Assembly: GCA_037917685.1 (NCBI GenBank)
Contig: JAVCBU010000006.1
Location: 256,001 to 320,000, forward strand
Reading direction: 5' to 3'
Length of the DNA stretch: 64,000 nt
Origin: Thermoproteota archaeon
Lineage (GTDB): Archaea > Korarchaeota > Korarchaeia > Korarchaeales > JAOZGB01
How positions within the stretch are numbered: position 1 is the stretch's first letter; every line of letters begins with the position of its first letter. Of the stretch, positions 48,425-59,124 are shown one piece after another. The translations under genes and the position numbers were made by a program. The notes beneath the pieces are model-generated. The model was not told the DNA's origin. It was given only the letters and a program-made list of their open reading frames with translations, and did not search any database.

Positions 48425-49756
48425 TTGAGGCGTCCCAAAATACTTGTAACACCACCTGGACCGAAGGCAAGGGAGATAATAGAAAGAGATGAGAGAATGC
48501 TGTCACCCTCGCTCACAAGGACGGCTCCGCTTGTAGGAGTAGAAGCTGAGGGATGCTGGATAAAAGACATAGACGGGAACGAGTACCTAGACTTCGGATC
48601 AGGCATTGCGGTGACTAATGTAGGCCATAGGCATCCAAAAGTTGTGGAAACAATCAAAAGAGAGGCTGAAAAGCTTATATTCGTAAACAGCTGCGATTTC
48701 CACACTGTCCCCCAAGTTGAACTTGCGGAGAGACTTTTCAAAATTACCCCTGGAAACTTCAAAAAAAGAGTTTTCTACACAAATAGTGGCACAGAAGCTG
48801 TCGAATGCGCGATAAAGATTGCAAAATACAAGAGGAGAGGGTACTACTTCATAGGATTCATAGGAGGCTTCCACGGGAGAACCATGGGAAGCCTACAGTT
48901 CACCACGACATCAACTGTCGCAAGGCATAGATTCCAGCCAATGATGCCAGGAGTAATCCATGTACCCTACGCATACTGCTACAGATGCCCCTTCAAACTC
49001 GAATACCCTGAATGTGGAACATGGTGTATAGACTACATAGAAGAAGTGATACTTGAGAAGGTAGCCCCCCCAGACGAGGTTTCAGCAGTAATATTCGAGC
49101 CAATCCAAGGGGCAGGCGGCTACATAGATCCACCTCCAGAATTCATAAGAGGCTTAAGGAAAATAGCGGACGAATACGGCATAATCCTCGTAGACGACGA
49201 AATACAGTCAGGAATGGGGAGAACTGGGAAGTGGTGGGCAATAGAACACTACAACACCGAACCAGACATAATACTTATATCAAAAGCATTGGCGGCAGGC
49301 CTCCCAGCTGGGGCATGCGTTTCCAAAGCCGAGCTGATGGACTGGGCCCCGGGAGCCCATGAGAACACCCTCGGCGGGAATCCAATAATAATGTCGGTTG
49401 CACTAACAGTCCTAGACATCATAGAGGAGGAAAAGCTCCTAGATAACGCGGCTGAAATGGGAAACTACATGAAGAAGAGGCTCAAAGAGATAATGGAGAA
49501 GCACGAGCTTATAGGAGACGTAAGAGGCAAGGGACTAATGATAGGCGTCGAATTTGTGAAGGACAGAAGGACAAAGGAGCCGGCAAGGAACGAGAGAAAC
49601 GCGATAATAAAGAAAGCCTTCAAGAAAGGCCTAATACTTCTAGGCGCCGGAAAATCAAGCCTAAGAATAGCCCCACCGCTAACCATAACACCAGAAGAGA
49701 TAGACGTAGGCCTAGAAATACTAGAAGACACTATAAAAGACATAGAAAGAGGCTAA
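48425..49756 (+). CDS. Class III PLP aminotransferase (GabT/acetylornithine-AT-like)
   Basis: DGNEYLDF, NSGTEA, FHGRT, FEPIQG, DEIQSGMGRTG, SKAL and TLGGNP; GGAGGTG SD. Confidence 0.92.
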   Translation: MRRPKILVTPPGPKAREIIERDERMLSPSLTRTAPLVGVEAEGCWIKDIDGNEYLDFGSGIAVTNVGHRHPKVVETIKREAEKLIFVNSCDFHTVPQVELAERLFKITPGNFKKRVFYTNSGTEAVECAIKIAKYKRRGYYFIGFIGGFHGRTMGSLQFTTTSTVARHRFQPMMPGVIHVPYAYCYRCPFKLEYPECGTWCIDYIEEVILEKVAPPDEVSAVIFEPIQGAGGYIDPPPEFIRGLRKIADEYGIILVDDEIQSGMGRTGKWWAIEHYNTEPDIILISKALAAGLPAGACVSKAELMDWAPGAHENTLGGNPIIMSVALTVLDIIEEEKLLDNAAEMGNYMKKRLKEIMEKHELIGDVRGKGLMIGVEFVKDRRTKEPARNERNAIIKKAFKKGLILLGAGKSSLRIAPPLTITPEEIDVGLEILEDTIKDIERG

Positions 49757-49788
49757 CTGTTATCCACCCGATTCTTTGGCAATAGTAA

Positions 49789-50394
49789 GCTGTAGGATCA
49801 AGTACACCTCCGCAGTTTAGAACTGGATCGCTAACACAAGTCGTCAACCCTAACCATGCTACTCTTTCTTCTCTGATCCTAACTGAAATCAAAAAAGACG
49901 AATTCGCCGCCTCATTAATCCTTGCAGCCCTAACACATCTCCACAGCCGAAGACTAATCTCCTTCAGCGAAAGAGAAAGAAAAGTACTAATGGGCCTAAG
50001 AAAGATCCAAGAACTCACAGTAACATCAATAAGCCACCATGAAACACATGGTTTAGAAGGCGCAATTAACAGGTATGCAGCCTTACAGGGAAACCCATCT
50101 CTAAAAGACCTCGTTGAGTACATAGCCGGAGGAAGCTCACCTGACCCATTCGAACCCGTCCTAACACACGTAAAGCAGGGACTAACTCGAAAAGGACTCG
50201 CCTACAGAAAAGGCAGAATAATAAAGAAGTACAAAATAAACTGCGAAAAAGCTCTCCCACTAGCCCTACATAACTATGTTGCAAAAATCAAAAACTCAAT
50301 GGAAACACTAAAACTCAAAATACCAAGCCTATACTCGACAATCTACAACACATTATGCCTCCTCATAGAAACCTCAGACTCAGGGCCGGATTAG
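49789..50394 (+). pseudogene. 5'-truncated hypothetical gene remnant (tracked ORF 49990-50394)
   Basis: Frame is open from 49789 with protein-like sequence (KKDEFAASLILAALTHL), but there is no ATG/GTG/TTG or SD before 49990. Confidence 0.4.
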
Positions 50395-50577
50395 CAAACA
50401 ACAGGCCGAAAACACCAGCCCCTTAAGACTATACAAATGACCCTCTAGGTATAAACATCCGGGCTCGACGTGAATACCCCATATCGAGCTGGGCATCGAG
50501 ACGTCTTATGGTACTTCCAGCCCTGGCTGGAACTGAAGCTCCCCTGTATGCAGGCCTAACCATCCCTACAATGTCTC

Positions 50578-51000
50578 CTATTCTATGCTAAAATCTTTAA
50601 TATGCACAACGTCCACTATCCCTTCAGATTTCTCGATTTGCTCACTATCAGCAGTTACAAGTTTAACCCCATACTTCTCAGCAACCTGAATATAAAGGGC
50701 ATCATAAAACGTAATACTCCTCTCCCTAGCTATCTCCATCACCCTCCTTAGATCAATGGCCGACGGCTCTACAAGGTTCAAATCTAGGTCTAGAAGTAGG
50801 GAGATAGCTTCTGAAGCATCCTCCACACTTAACTGTTTATTTTTCCATATGCTATTCCCCACCTCATATATCAGGTGCATCGGAGCCACCAGCTCAACAA
50901 TGCCGTCCACATAAGCTTGTTTCAACGTCACAGCCTCGCCACTATACTCCTCCTTATTAAACCACTTTGCAGCCACACTAGCATCAACCACAATCTTCAT
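50578..51000 (-). CDS. vapC: VapC PIN-domain toxin
   Basis: VVDASVAAKW, YEVGN, TFYDALY and LVTAD. Confidence 0.92.
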   Translation of the reverse strand: MKIVVDASVAAKWFNKEEYSGEAVTLKQAYVDGIVELVAPMHLIYEVGNSIWKNKQLSVEDASEAISLLLDLDLNLVEPSAIDLRRVMEIARERSITFYDALYIQVAEKYGVKLVTADSEQIEKSEGIVDVVHIKDFSIE

Positions 51001-51212
51001 TTCCTCCTATCCTCCCTTATCGACTTTACAGAGTCGAAAAGCCCATACTTAGTCTTCTCCCTTATCCTGTCAATCTCCTTTGAAGCCTTTAATCTCTTAA
51101 TTCTTCTAATCTCCTCTTTAATCGCCTTCCTAATATATTCAGGCCAGTTTACATCAACCTTCATCATTTCCTCCTTCAACTCCTTAGGCACCCTAACAGT
51201 AATCACACTCAA
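50997..51212 (-). CDS. vapB: VapB antitoxin (RHH type)
   Basis: VITVRVPKELKEEM...VNWPEYIRKAI...SIREDR; ATGA overlap with vapC. Confidence 0.88.
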   Translation of the reverse strand: MSVITVRVPKELKEEMMKVDVNWPEYIRKAIKEEIRRIKRLKASKEIDRIREKTKYGLFDSVKSIREDRRK

Positions 51213-51239
51213 ATCTCAACACCACGATGTTATTCACCA

Positions 51240-51263
51240 TTATAATATAAAAATGTATTACAT
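51240..51263 (-). promoter_or_regulatory. vapBC TATA box with an adjacent palindromic operator candidate
   Basis: Minus-strand TTTTTATATTATA next to the near-palindrome ATGTATTACAT (51253-51263). Confidence 0.45.
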
Positions 51264-51827
51264 AGACGTTACACGCATAAGCCATACGCCTATAAGACCG
51301 TAAAACCAACAACCAATATAACCATATTGTACGTTTTATCAGCGTTAAACATACGACATGTAGGGTGCTGACCATCCTCTCCCAACTTTACAATGTCACT
51401 AGTTAACAAAAGGCATTTATAAGGATAAGTCCAGAATTATGTAACAATGTTTAGTGACAATGTTAAGCAACGGATTAAATCCTTAAACGCTCCATAGAAC
51501 CGATCAAGATGGAAAAGATGGAAGGGATGGGTAGTCCTAGAAGGCACTTGAGCCTTCAAAACATGGAAAAACATAACCTCCTCTTCTTTAACCTTTGACT
51601 GCATCATATTGCACGTTTCCCTAACAGTAGAAAGGTACAGGGACTAAGTTCCTATATCTGTGATTTACCTGTTATGTGACACGCTTAACTCTCCTAGTCT
51701 ACCCCGGTAACATGCTGTTATTAGCCCATGGAGACCTTACAGGCGCTAAGGACTTATTAATACTTTAACTTATCCTTAACAGAGAAAACTAAGTAAGGTT
51801 CTACTCGTAAAATTTATCTGTTAGCTA

Positions 51828-53903
51828 ATGTTTTTCATGAGAGGTGTCCGCTTGATCTTCGCAGTCTTCGGTTTGGCTGTCGGACTGGCTGTGATGGTTA
51901 TCGTTGGCCTAATTTATAGATCGATAGCTAAGATAGAACCTGGAACAGAAAGAATGGTTGAGATTTCAGGGTACATTAGGCGTGGAGCAAAAGCCTACCT
52001 TCACAGGCAGAGCAGGATGATTGGAATCTTCATAGTTATATTTTCAGTGCTCCTAGCACTGTCTAGAGGGCTGTACATGGCTGTATCCTTCATTGTTGGC
52101 TCGCTTCTCTCGCTTTTCTCAGCTTATATAGGTATGAACGCTGCAACCATGGCGAATGTAAGGACCGCGAATGTTGCAAGGAAAAGCCCCGGCAGAGCCG
52201 CCTTAGTAGCCTTCCGCGGAGGTGCTGTGATGGGCCTGTCTATTGTCGGGTTAAGCCTTATAGGGATTAGCTCGCTCTACCTTCTATACGGCCTTTTCAT
52301 TGAGGATTTGAGAGTACTGCTTGAGAACATTGTCGGCTTCGGCTTTGGCGCTAGTCTTGCAGCTCTGTTCGCGCAGCTTGGAGGCGGGATCTACACTAAG
52401 GCCGCTGATATAGGAGCAGATCTTGTTGGGAAGGTAGAGAAAGGAATTCCTGAGGACGATCCCCGAAACCCAGCGGTTATAGCTGACCAGGTAGGCGACA
52501 ACGTAGGTGACTGTGCTGGTAGAGGGGCTGATCTTTTCGAATCTTTCAGCGATAACATAATAGCATCTATGATTCTCGGCTTATCGCTAGCTGCATCACT
52601 TCAAATCCTAAATGTGCATAAAGTATTAGGTTTCCCGATAGCCGTTGAAGCCCTTGGAGCTATTGCAACAGTGATAGGTCTGCTGATGGTTAGAGAGTCA
52701 AAGGATCCTATGAGTTCGATAAACAGGGGGCTTGCAACAAGCGTTATTGTATGTGCGGTCGGATTTCTCCTTCTAACAGTTAAAACAGGTATGATAGGAG
52801 GATACAAGCTATTCATAGCATATCTTTCTGGGCTAGTTGTAAGCCTCGCAATAGGCTATGCAACGCAGTACTACACTAGCACAAACTATTCACCTGTTAG
52901 AAGTATAGCTGAAGCCTCCAAGTCCGGTCCAGCCATAAACCTGATATTCGGATTGTCCATAGGGATGGAGAGCTCCATAGTTCCGGTGATAATAATCTCA
53001 ATAGTAATCCTATTCTCCTTCCTAGTAATGGGTGGGATGTCAAATATCGCCGAGGGGATCTACGGTATAACAGCTGCTACACTAGGAATCCTATCAACAA
53101 CTGGCTTCATCATGTCCTCAGATACCTTCGGCCCAATATCGGACAACGCTGGCGGGATAGCCGAGATGTCTGGGATTGAAGAGGAGGTAAGAGAGGCGAC
53201 AGACGTTTTAGACTCGGTCGGTAATACAACAAAGGCTCTAACTAAGGGGTACGCAATGTCATGTGCCTCGCTATCCGCGCTGGTTCTGTTCGCATCGTAT
53301 GTCTACCTATTAAGGGAGTATGGCCATTCTGGAATGATAGACCTAGGCCATCCATATACTATAGTAGGGGTTTTCATAGGTGCCTCGATACCCTTCATAT
53401 TCTCATCAATGGCGATCAAAGCTGTTGGTAAGACAGCATTCCAGATGGTTGAGGAAGTTAGAAGACAGTTCAGAGAGATAAAAGGACTAATGGAGGGTAA
53501 GGCTAAGCCAGACTATGAAAGATGCGTGGATATAAGCACGATGAACGCACTCAAAGAAATGATAAAGCCGACACTAATAAGCGTAATTTCCCCGGTACTA
53601 GTGGGCCTCATACTTGGTGGAGAAGCCCTTGGCGGGTTCCTCATCTCAGCAACAATATCAGGAGCCCTCCTGGCAGTATTTATGTTCAACGCTGGTGGGG
53701 CATGGGATAACGCAAAGAAATATATCGAAGCCGGAAATCTAGGTGGAAAGGGGACACCTACACATGCAGCTTCTGTCATAGGGGATACAGTGGGAGACCC
53801 GTTAAAAGACACTGCAGGTCCGTCGCTACACATACTGATAAAACTCCTCAACATAATAGCATTAACAATAATACCAATAATCGTAGCATTATCACTCCTC
53901 TAA
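51828..53903 (+). CDS. hppA: Membrane-bound H+-translocating pyrophosphatase, predicted K+-independent; start probably TTG 51852
   Basis: GGGIYTKAADIGADLVGKVE, EDDPRNP, DNAGGIAEM, GNTTKA (Lys variant), AWDNAKK and GDTVGDPLKDT. Confidence 0.95.
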   Translation: MFFMRGVRLIFAVFGLAVGLAVMVIVGLIYRSIAKIEPGTERMVEISGYIRRGAKAYLHRQSRMIGIFIVIFSVLLALSRGLYMAVSFIVGSLLSLFSAYIGMNAATMANVRTANVARKSPGRAALVAFRGGAVMGLSIVGLSLIGISSLYLLYGLFIEDLRVLLENIVGFGFGASLAALFAQLGGGIYTKAADIGADLVGKVEKGIPEDDPRNPAVIADQVGDNVGDCAGRGADLFESFSDNIIASMILGLSLAASLQILNVHKVLGFPIAVEALGAIATVIGLLMVRESKDPMSSINRGLATSVIVCAVGFLLLTVKTGMIGGYKLFIAYLSGLVVSLAIGYATQYYTSTNYSPVRSIAEASKSGPAINLIFGLSIGMESSIVPVIIISIVILFSFLVMGGMSNIAEGIYGITAATLGILSTTGFIMSSDTFGPISDNAGGIAEMSGIEEEVREATDVLDSVGNTTKALTKGYAMSCASLSALVLFASYVYLLREYGHSGMIDLGHPYTIVGVFIGASIPFIFSSMAIKAVGKTAFQMVEEVRRQFREIKGLMEGKAKPDYERCVDISTMNALKEMIKPTLISVISPVLVGLILGGEALGGFLISATISGALLAVFMFNAGGAWDNAKKYIEAGNLGGKGTPTHAASVIGDTVGDPLKDTAGPSLHILIKLLNIIALTIIPIIVALSLL

Positions 53904-54120
53904 GTACTACCATGGGATAGATCTATACCTATACATCATTCTTTACTGTCACTTTCAAAAAACTACTTTAAACCTTTGTTCAGCGTTCTATCCTTTATTG
54001 GAGTGTACAGGTTCGCAGAACAGTTCTTAGTCTTAAATTACCTCACAACAAGGCTTTATCGATAAATATATATTTATTAAAGGCTAACAATACTACGATA
54101 ATCGTCGGAGGTGTACCGAT

Positions 54121-55347
54121 ATGCAGAAACAAATAGTGGCTGCTGCCTTAATAGCTCTTATAATAGGCGTTCTCGCAGGTTACTTTGCAGCTCCAGCTAA
54201 AGTTGTAGAGAAGGAAGTAGTAAAAGAGGTTCAAGTTGAGAAGAAGCTTAAAGCAGCGTGGATCTACGTTGGGCCTATAGGGGACTATGGATGGAGCCAC
54301 GCGCATGACCAGGGGAGAAGATACTGTGAGAAGATATTTCCATGGCTAGAGACGGTGTACGCTGAGGCTGTAAGCGAGGCTGATGTTGACCGTTACATAG
54401 ATAGGTTCATTAAAGAGGAAGGATGCGATGTAGTCTTTACCACCTCGTTCGGATACATGGACGCTACCATAGCTGCTGGTGAACGTTATCCAGACAAGAT
54501 CCTCTTCCACTGTAGCGGCTATAAGAGGTCCTCTAACGTTGGAACATACTTCGCTGAGTTCTATCAGCTGTATTATCTGAATGGACTAATGGCCGGGGCA
54601 CTCACCAAAACAGGGAAGGTAGGGTATGTGGCTGCCCATCCGATCCCCGAGGTCATCAGGCACATCAACGCGTTCGCGCTAGGGGTAAAGGAGGTAAATC
54701 CCGACGCCAAGGTCTATGTTAGATGGCTATTCTCATGGTACGATCCAGCTAAAGCTAGAGAGGCGGCTGAAGCTCTCATCTCAGAGGGATGCGACTGCCT
54801 AGCGTTCACAGAGGACAGTCCAACAGTGATAGAAGTCGGCCAGGAGCATACCGAAGCAGGTCAGCAAATATACACCTTTAGCCACTACTCCCCGATGCAG
54901 AAGTTCGGCCCTGACAGCTGTGTATCTGGGCAGCTAGTACATTGGGAAGTAATCTACGCAGACATCCTGATGAAAATATACCTTGGAGTATACAAGCCTG
55001 GAAACCTTGAAAACGTAGACTACTGGTGGATGCTAAAAGAGGGAGCATGTGAGCTTGGCGGCGAATTTGGACAGCCAATAAACCCCAAGTTCGAGGACGA
55101 ACTAAAGTCGGTAATCGTTGAAGATCCAATACTAGGCAATATCTCTGTGTACGATCTCGTTATGACAAGACTAGCCCAGATGAGCGAGGAAGTTCCAACG
55201 TTCGACCCATTCACAGGACCCATATACGACCAGAATGGCGTTCTTAGAGTTAAACCGGGAGAAAGGCTTGGTCATGACGCACTGTGGACAATAGACTGGT
55301 TTGTAGACAACATAGTAGGAGAGATACCGGCTCCAGGACTCTGGTAA
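54121..55347 (+). CDS. BMP family ABC substrate-binding protein (nucleoside/purine)
   Basis: YVGPIGDYGWSHAHDQGR, FTTSFGY, HINAFALG and WYDPAKA; N-terminal anchor; GGAGGTG SD. Confidence 0.9.
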   Translation: MQKQIVAAALIALIIGVLAGYFAAPAKVVEKEVVKEVQVEKKLKAAWIYVGPIGDYGWSHAHDQGRRYCEKIFPWLETVYAEAVSEADVDRYIDRFIKEEGCDVVFTTSFGYMDATIAAGERYPDKILFHCSGYKRSSNVGTYFAEFYQLYYLNGLMAGALTKTGKVGYVAAHPIPEVIRHINAFALGVKEVNPDAKVYVRWLFSWYDPAKAREAAEALISEGCDCLAFTEDSPTVIEVGQEHTEAGQQIYTFSHYSPMQKFGPDSCVSGQLVHWEVIYADILMKIYLGVYKPGNLENVDYWWMLKEGACELGGEFGQPINPKFEDELKSVIVEDPILGNISVYDLVMTRLAQMSEEVPTFDPFTGPIYDQNGVLRVKPGERLGHDALWTIDWFVDNIVGEIPAPGLW

Positions 55348-55348
55348 T

Positions 55349-55364
55349 CCCCCCACCTTTTTTT
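55349..55364 (+). terminator. Oligo-T terminator of the BMP gene
   Basis: CCCCCCACCTTTTTTT just after the stop codon. Confidence 0.55.
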
Positions 55365-55460
55365 ATCTAACATGCAGTCTTTATACAACTCCATACCGGA
55401 AATCCAGGATAGCCTATTCGTATTGGAACAAACTCTGAAGAGAGAATTGAACTCCGAGTA

Positions 55461-56393
55461 CTATTTTTCTCCTCGTTTGTAGGGTATCCCTAGCGCCGCT
55501 GGTGCACCCATCTTCTTCCGTATCGTCTCTTCAGCCCCAAATATTAACACCACTATTGTTAAGATGAAAGGTAACATCCCTAAGAGGCTTGGAGATATAC
55601 CATAAGGTTGTAGATGATACTGCAGGGCGTCTACCCCCCCGAACAAGTACGAACCTATAGCAGATCTTAAGGGGTCCCACATTGCAAATATCGTTAAAGC
55701 TATCACAATCCACCCTCGGCCTGCGGTCATCCTTTCAATCCATGCTGGCGTGTAAACAACTGATAGGTAGGCACCGGCGATGCCAGCCATAACCCCGCCG
55801 AAGAAGGTGCACCCATACCTTATTAGAGAAACATTAACACCTAACGAGTCCGCTGTCTCAGGGCTTTCCCCAACAGATCTTATTTTTATTCCGAGGCTGG
55901 TCTTAAAGAGTATAAACCATAGCACTGGCACCAGAACGTAGGATATATAAACTAAGGGGTCTTGGTTGAAGAATGCCGGCCCAATAATCGGGATCTCACA
56001 TAGAAGTGGGATCTTGACATCTGAAATGCTTGGGATCTTGACTCCAATATAGGGCTTTCCTATAAGGCCGCTTAAACCTAGGCCGAACATCGTCAACGCG
56101 AGGCCTGAAACAACCTGGTTAGCCATCAATGTTATACTCAGCACAGCATGTATTAACGAGGACAGCCCACCGACCACTGCAGCGGCAGCTATCCCAAGCC
56201 ACGGGTTCCCGGTAACCCTTGTAACTGCAAATCCTGTTACGGCTCCTAAGATCATCATACCTTCAACCCCAAGGTTTAATATTCCTGATCTTTCAGCGTA
56301 AACTTCTCCTAGAGTCCCATAGAGAAGCGGAGTTCCAGCTCTAATTGCAGCCTTGAGTATAGAAGATATTATTAACTGGAGCATGTCCTTCAC
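55461..56393 (-). CDS. Nucleoside-type ABC transporter permease
   Basis: ERSGILNLGVEGMM, ANQVVSG, RSVGESP, AGRGWI and APAALG. Confidence 0.92.
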   Translation of the reverse strand: MKDMLQLIISSILKAAIRAGTPLLYGTLGEVYAERSGILNLGVEGMMILGAVTGFAVTRVTGNPWLGIAAAAVVGGLSSLIHAVLSITLMANQVVSGLALTMFGLGLSGLIGKPYIGVKIPSISDVKIPLLCEIPIIGPAFFNQDPLVYISYVLVPVLWFILFKTSLGIKIRSVGESPETADSLGVNVSLIRYGCTFFGGVMAGIAGAYLSVVYTPAWIERMTAGRGWIVIALTIFAMWDPLRSAIGSYLFGGVDALQYHLQPYGISPSLLGMLPFILTIVVLIFGAEETIRKKMGAPAALGIPYKRGEK

Positions 56394-57448
56394 CTCACGA
56401 TTCTAATTCTATACCTTTTCAATATCTCACCCGCAATTATGAAGATAAGAATTATCCCGTTAAATATGTCAATAGCCGCCACAGGCAGCCCCAGCGAAGT
56501 CTGAATTATATCGCCTCCCACGAGGAGTCCTCCGAGAAGTATGGACGACGCAAGCGTAAGCCATGGGTTTAAGCCTCCAAGCCAGGCCGCAATGATGGCT
56601 GTGTATCCGTACCCAGGTGATATCCCCATTCTAAGCCTATGCTGTATCCCAGCGACCTCACCCACACCAGCTATCCCTGCAAGCCCTCCACTTATTACCA
56701 TTACCAGTAGAACGGTCTTCAGATAATTTATTCCTGCATATCTGGCTGCATCTATGTTTTCACCTACAACTCTTATCTCATAGCCCACCTTTGTCTTGTT
56801 AAGTAATATGTAAGTTGCGGCTACAGCTACTACCCCGATAATCAGGGTTGGATAATGTATTCTCGTCCCTGGAATCCTTGGAAGTCTAGCATCTGGTGGA
56901 AACTTACTAGTATACGGGAACCCCCACTCTTCGGGCCCCCTCCAAGGCCCATATACCAGGTATTCCACAAGTTTTAATGCTATATAGTTTAACATCAGGG
57001 TTGTTATAACCTCGTTAACATTCAGCTTAGCCTTTAAAACTGCTGGAAGAAGAGACCACGCAGCTCCAGCCACGAAGCCTACAGCGAACATCAGTGGGAG
57101 AACCACGTATGATGGTGCAGTAAGATTCAAAGCTATACCGGTTGCGGCAACCGCACCTATAAGAAGCTGCCCTTCAGCGCCAATATTCCATATTAATGCC
57201 TTAAAAGCCAATGTAAGCCCAATACCACACAAGAGAAGGGGTATTGACTTTACTATTGTCTCGGAGAATCCATAAAGACTCCCAAAAGCGCCTCTAAAAA
57301 TCTTACCATAGGCTACAGCGGGGTTCACACCGTAGATCCAGAATATTATTGCAACAGCTAGTAATGCAAGGAATAACATGAGAAAACTTACACCTATGGA
57401 TAATAGCTTGCTCTCATACTCCCTTTTTTCAAGTCTAATCCTCATCAT
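56390..57448 (-). CDS. Nucleoside-type ABC transporter permease
   Basis: WNIGAEGQ, NEVITTLMLNY, AARYAGI and GYGYTAI. Confidence 0.92.
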   Translation of the reverse strand: MMRIRLEKREYESKLLSIGVSFLMLFLALLAVAIIFWIYGVNPAVAYGKIFRGAFGSLYGFSETIVKSIPLLLCGIGLTLAFKALIWNIGAEGQLLIGAVAATGIALNLTAPSYVVLPLMFAVGFVAGAAWSLLPAVLKAKLNVNEVITTLMLNYIALKLVEYLVYGPWRGPEEWGFPYTSKFPPDARLPRIPGTRIHYPTLIIGVVAVAATYILLNKTKVGYEIRVVGENIDAARYAGINYLKTVLLVMVISGGLAGIAGVGEVAGIQHRLRMGISPGYGYTAIIAAWLGGLNPWLTLASSILLGGLLVGGDIIQTSLGLPVAAIDIFNGIILIFIIAGEILKRYRIRIVR

Positions 57449-59022
57449 AGATCACCTTCACCCATATAAGATCTGCTTTCGCCTTCAACTCTCTTTGTTC
57501 CAGCCATCATAAGTCCTATATCTTCAATACTGGCCTCCTCAGGCTTTACTATCCCCATAAACTCACCTTCAAACATGACAGCTATCCTATCACTGAGGTT
57601 TAAGACTTCCTCTAAATCCTCAGAGACTAGTAAGACGCCGCATCCTCTTTCTCTTTGCTTGAGGAGAAGTTTTCTTATATACTCTGTCGCCCCAACGTCA
57701 AGCCCGTAAGTTGGGTGAGCGGCGACTATAACCCATGCGCCTCCGGAAAGCTCTCTTGCAAGGATAAGCCTCTGAATATTACCGCCTGAGAGAAGCTTAG
57801 CTGGAGTGTTAATACTTGGGGTCATAATCTCATATTCTTTAACCAGTTTTTCAGCGGTTTCTCGTATTATTCCCCAGTTTAACATGACCCTACCTGAGAA
57901 GGGTTTTGTATGATAAGATTTGAGAATTAGATTCTCAGCTACACTCAATCCCGGGGCTATTCCAAGCCTAATCCTTTCTTCAGGAATGTGGGCCATCCCA
58001 AGCATCGCTATTATCCTGGGGTTGCAGTTAGTTACATCCTTTCCCAGGCAGATGATTCTTCCAGACTCTACTTTTCTCAACCCAGTTATAGCTTCCACGA
58101 GCTCTCTTTGCCCGTTGCCAGCTACCCCTGCGATTCCGAGGATCTCGCCAGCCCTCAATGTAAATGATACCCCCTTAACAGCTGGCAGGCCACGGTCATT
58201 CAAAACATGCAAGTTTTCTACTTTGAGTAGAACTTCACCCGTAGCCACGGGTCTTCTCTCCAGCCTAAAAAGTACTTCTCTTCCGACCATCAGTCTAGCA
58301 AGTTCCCTCTTATTCGTATCAGATGTCTTAAGAGTGGAAACCACCTTTCCCTTTCTAAGAACAGTTACTCTATCGCTTACCTCAAAGACCTCATCAAGCT
58401 TATGAGTTATGAATATGATAGCCTTATTCTCAGCTTTCATCTCCTTTAGGGTTTTAAAAAGCTCTCTCGTTTCTGAGGGGGTTAAAACCGATGTTGGTTC
58501 ATCCAATATTAAAACTTCCGCCCCGCCGTACAAGGCTTTTATAATCTCAACCCTTTGCTGCTCCCCGGCTGAAAGCTCCCATATCCTTGCGTCTGGGTTA
58601 ACTTTTAACCCATATCTTTCTGAGAATTCTAATATTTTCTTCCTCACCTCTTCTATAGGGTTTACAAAACTCTTTACAAAGCCTAACGCCACATTTTCGG
58701 CGACTGTGTGTCTGTAAACGAGCTTAAAGTGCTGGTGAACCATCCCAATACCGTACCTTATCGCATCTCTCGGGGACTTTATTTCAACATGTTTCCCCCT
58801 TATATAGATACGGCCTTCGTCGGCCTGGTAAATACCGTACAATATGTTCATCAAAGTGGTCTTTCCAGCTCCATTCTCGCCGAGAAGAGCATGTATTTCT
58901 CCAGCTCTAACATCAAAGTCCACATGGTCATTAGCTATAACCCCTGGAAACCTCTTCACAATACCTTTCATGGAAACAATTGGAGGCTCACGTGCAGCCG
59001 TATGAACCACCTCTCTCTGCAA
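57445..59022 (-). CDS. Nucleoside-type ABC transporter ATPase (double domain)
   Basis: GENGAGKTT, GMVHQHF, LDEPT, GVAGNGQ and LSGGNIQ. Confidence 0.95.
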   Translation of the reverse strand: MQREVVHTAAREPPIVSMKGIVKRFPGVIANDHVDFDVRAGEIHALLGENGAGKTTLMNILYGIYQADEGRIYIRGKHVEIKSPRDAIRYGIGMVHQHFKLVYRHTVAENVALGFVKSFVNPIEEVRKKILEFSERYGLKVNPDARIWELSAGEQQRVEIIKALYGGAEVLILDEPTSVLTPSETRELFKTLKEMKAENKAIIFITHKLDEVFEVSDRVTVLRKGKVVSTLKTSDTNKRELARLMVGREVLFRLERRPVATGEVLLKVENLHVLNDRGLPAVKGVSFTLRAGEILGIAGVAGNGQRELVEAITGLRKVESGRIICLGKDVTNCNPRIIAMLGMAHIPEERIRLGIAPGLSVAENLILKSYHTKPFSGRVMLNWGIIRETAEKLVKEYEIMTPSINTPAKLLSGGNIQRLILARELSGGAWVIVAAHPTYGLDVGATEYIRKLLLKQRERGCGVLLVSEDLEEVLNLSDRIAVMFEGEFMGIVKPEEASIEDIGLMMAGTKRVEGESRSYMGEGDL

Positions 59023-59124
59023 TTCTAAGCTCTATTTCATGCATAGGAGAGGAATAATATAAATAGGCATCTGCGATGTCAACCCTAAAATGGGAAACAA
59101 TAGAGTGTCGAGTCAGTATGGTTG

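Noticed and set aside
50459-50532. Hairpins (TTCCAGCC-CT-GGCTGGAA and GCTCGA...TCGAGC) as IS ends or an ncRNA
   Set aside because: Short, with no matching partner end, target duplication, transposase or box motifs
51193-51375. 60-aa ORF upstream of vapB
   Set aside because: Implausible composition and it runs across the vapBC promoter
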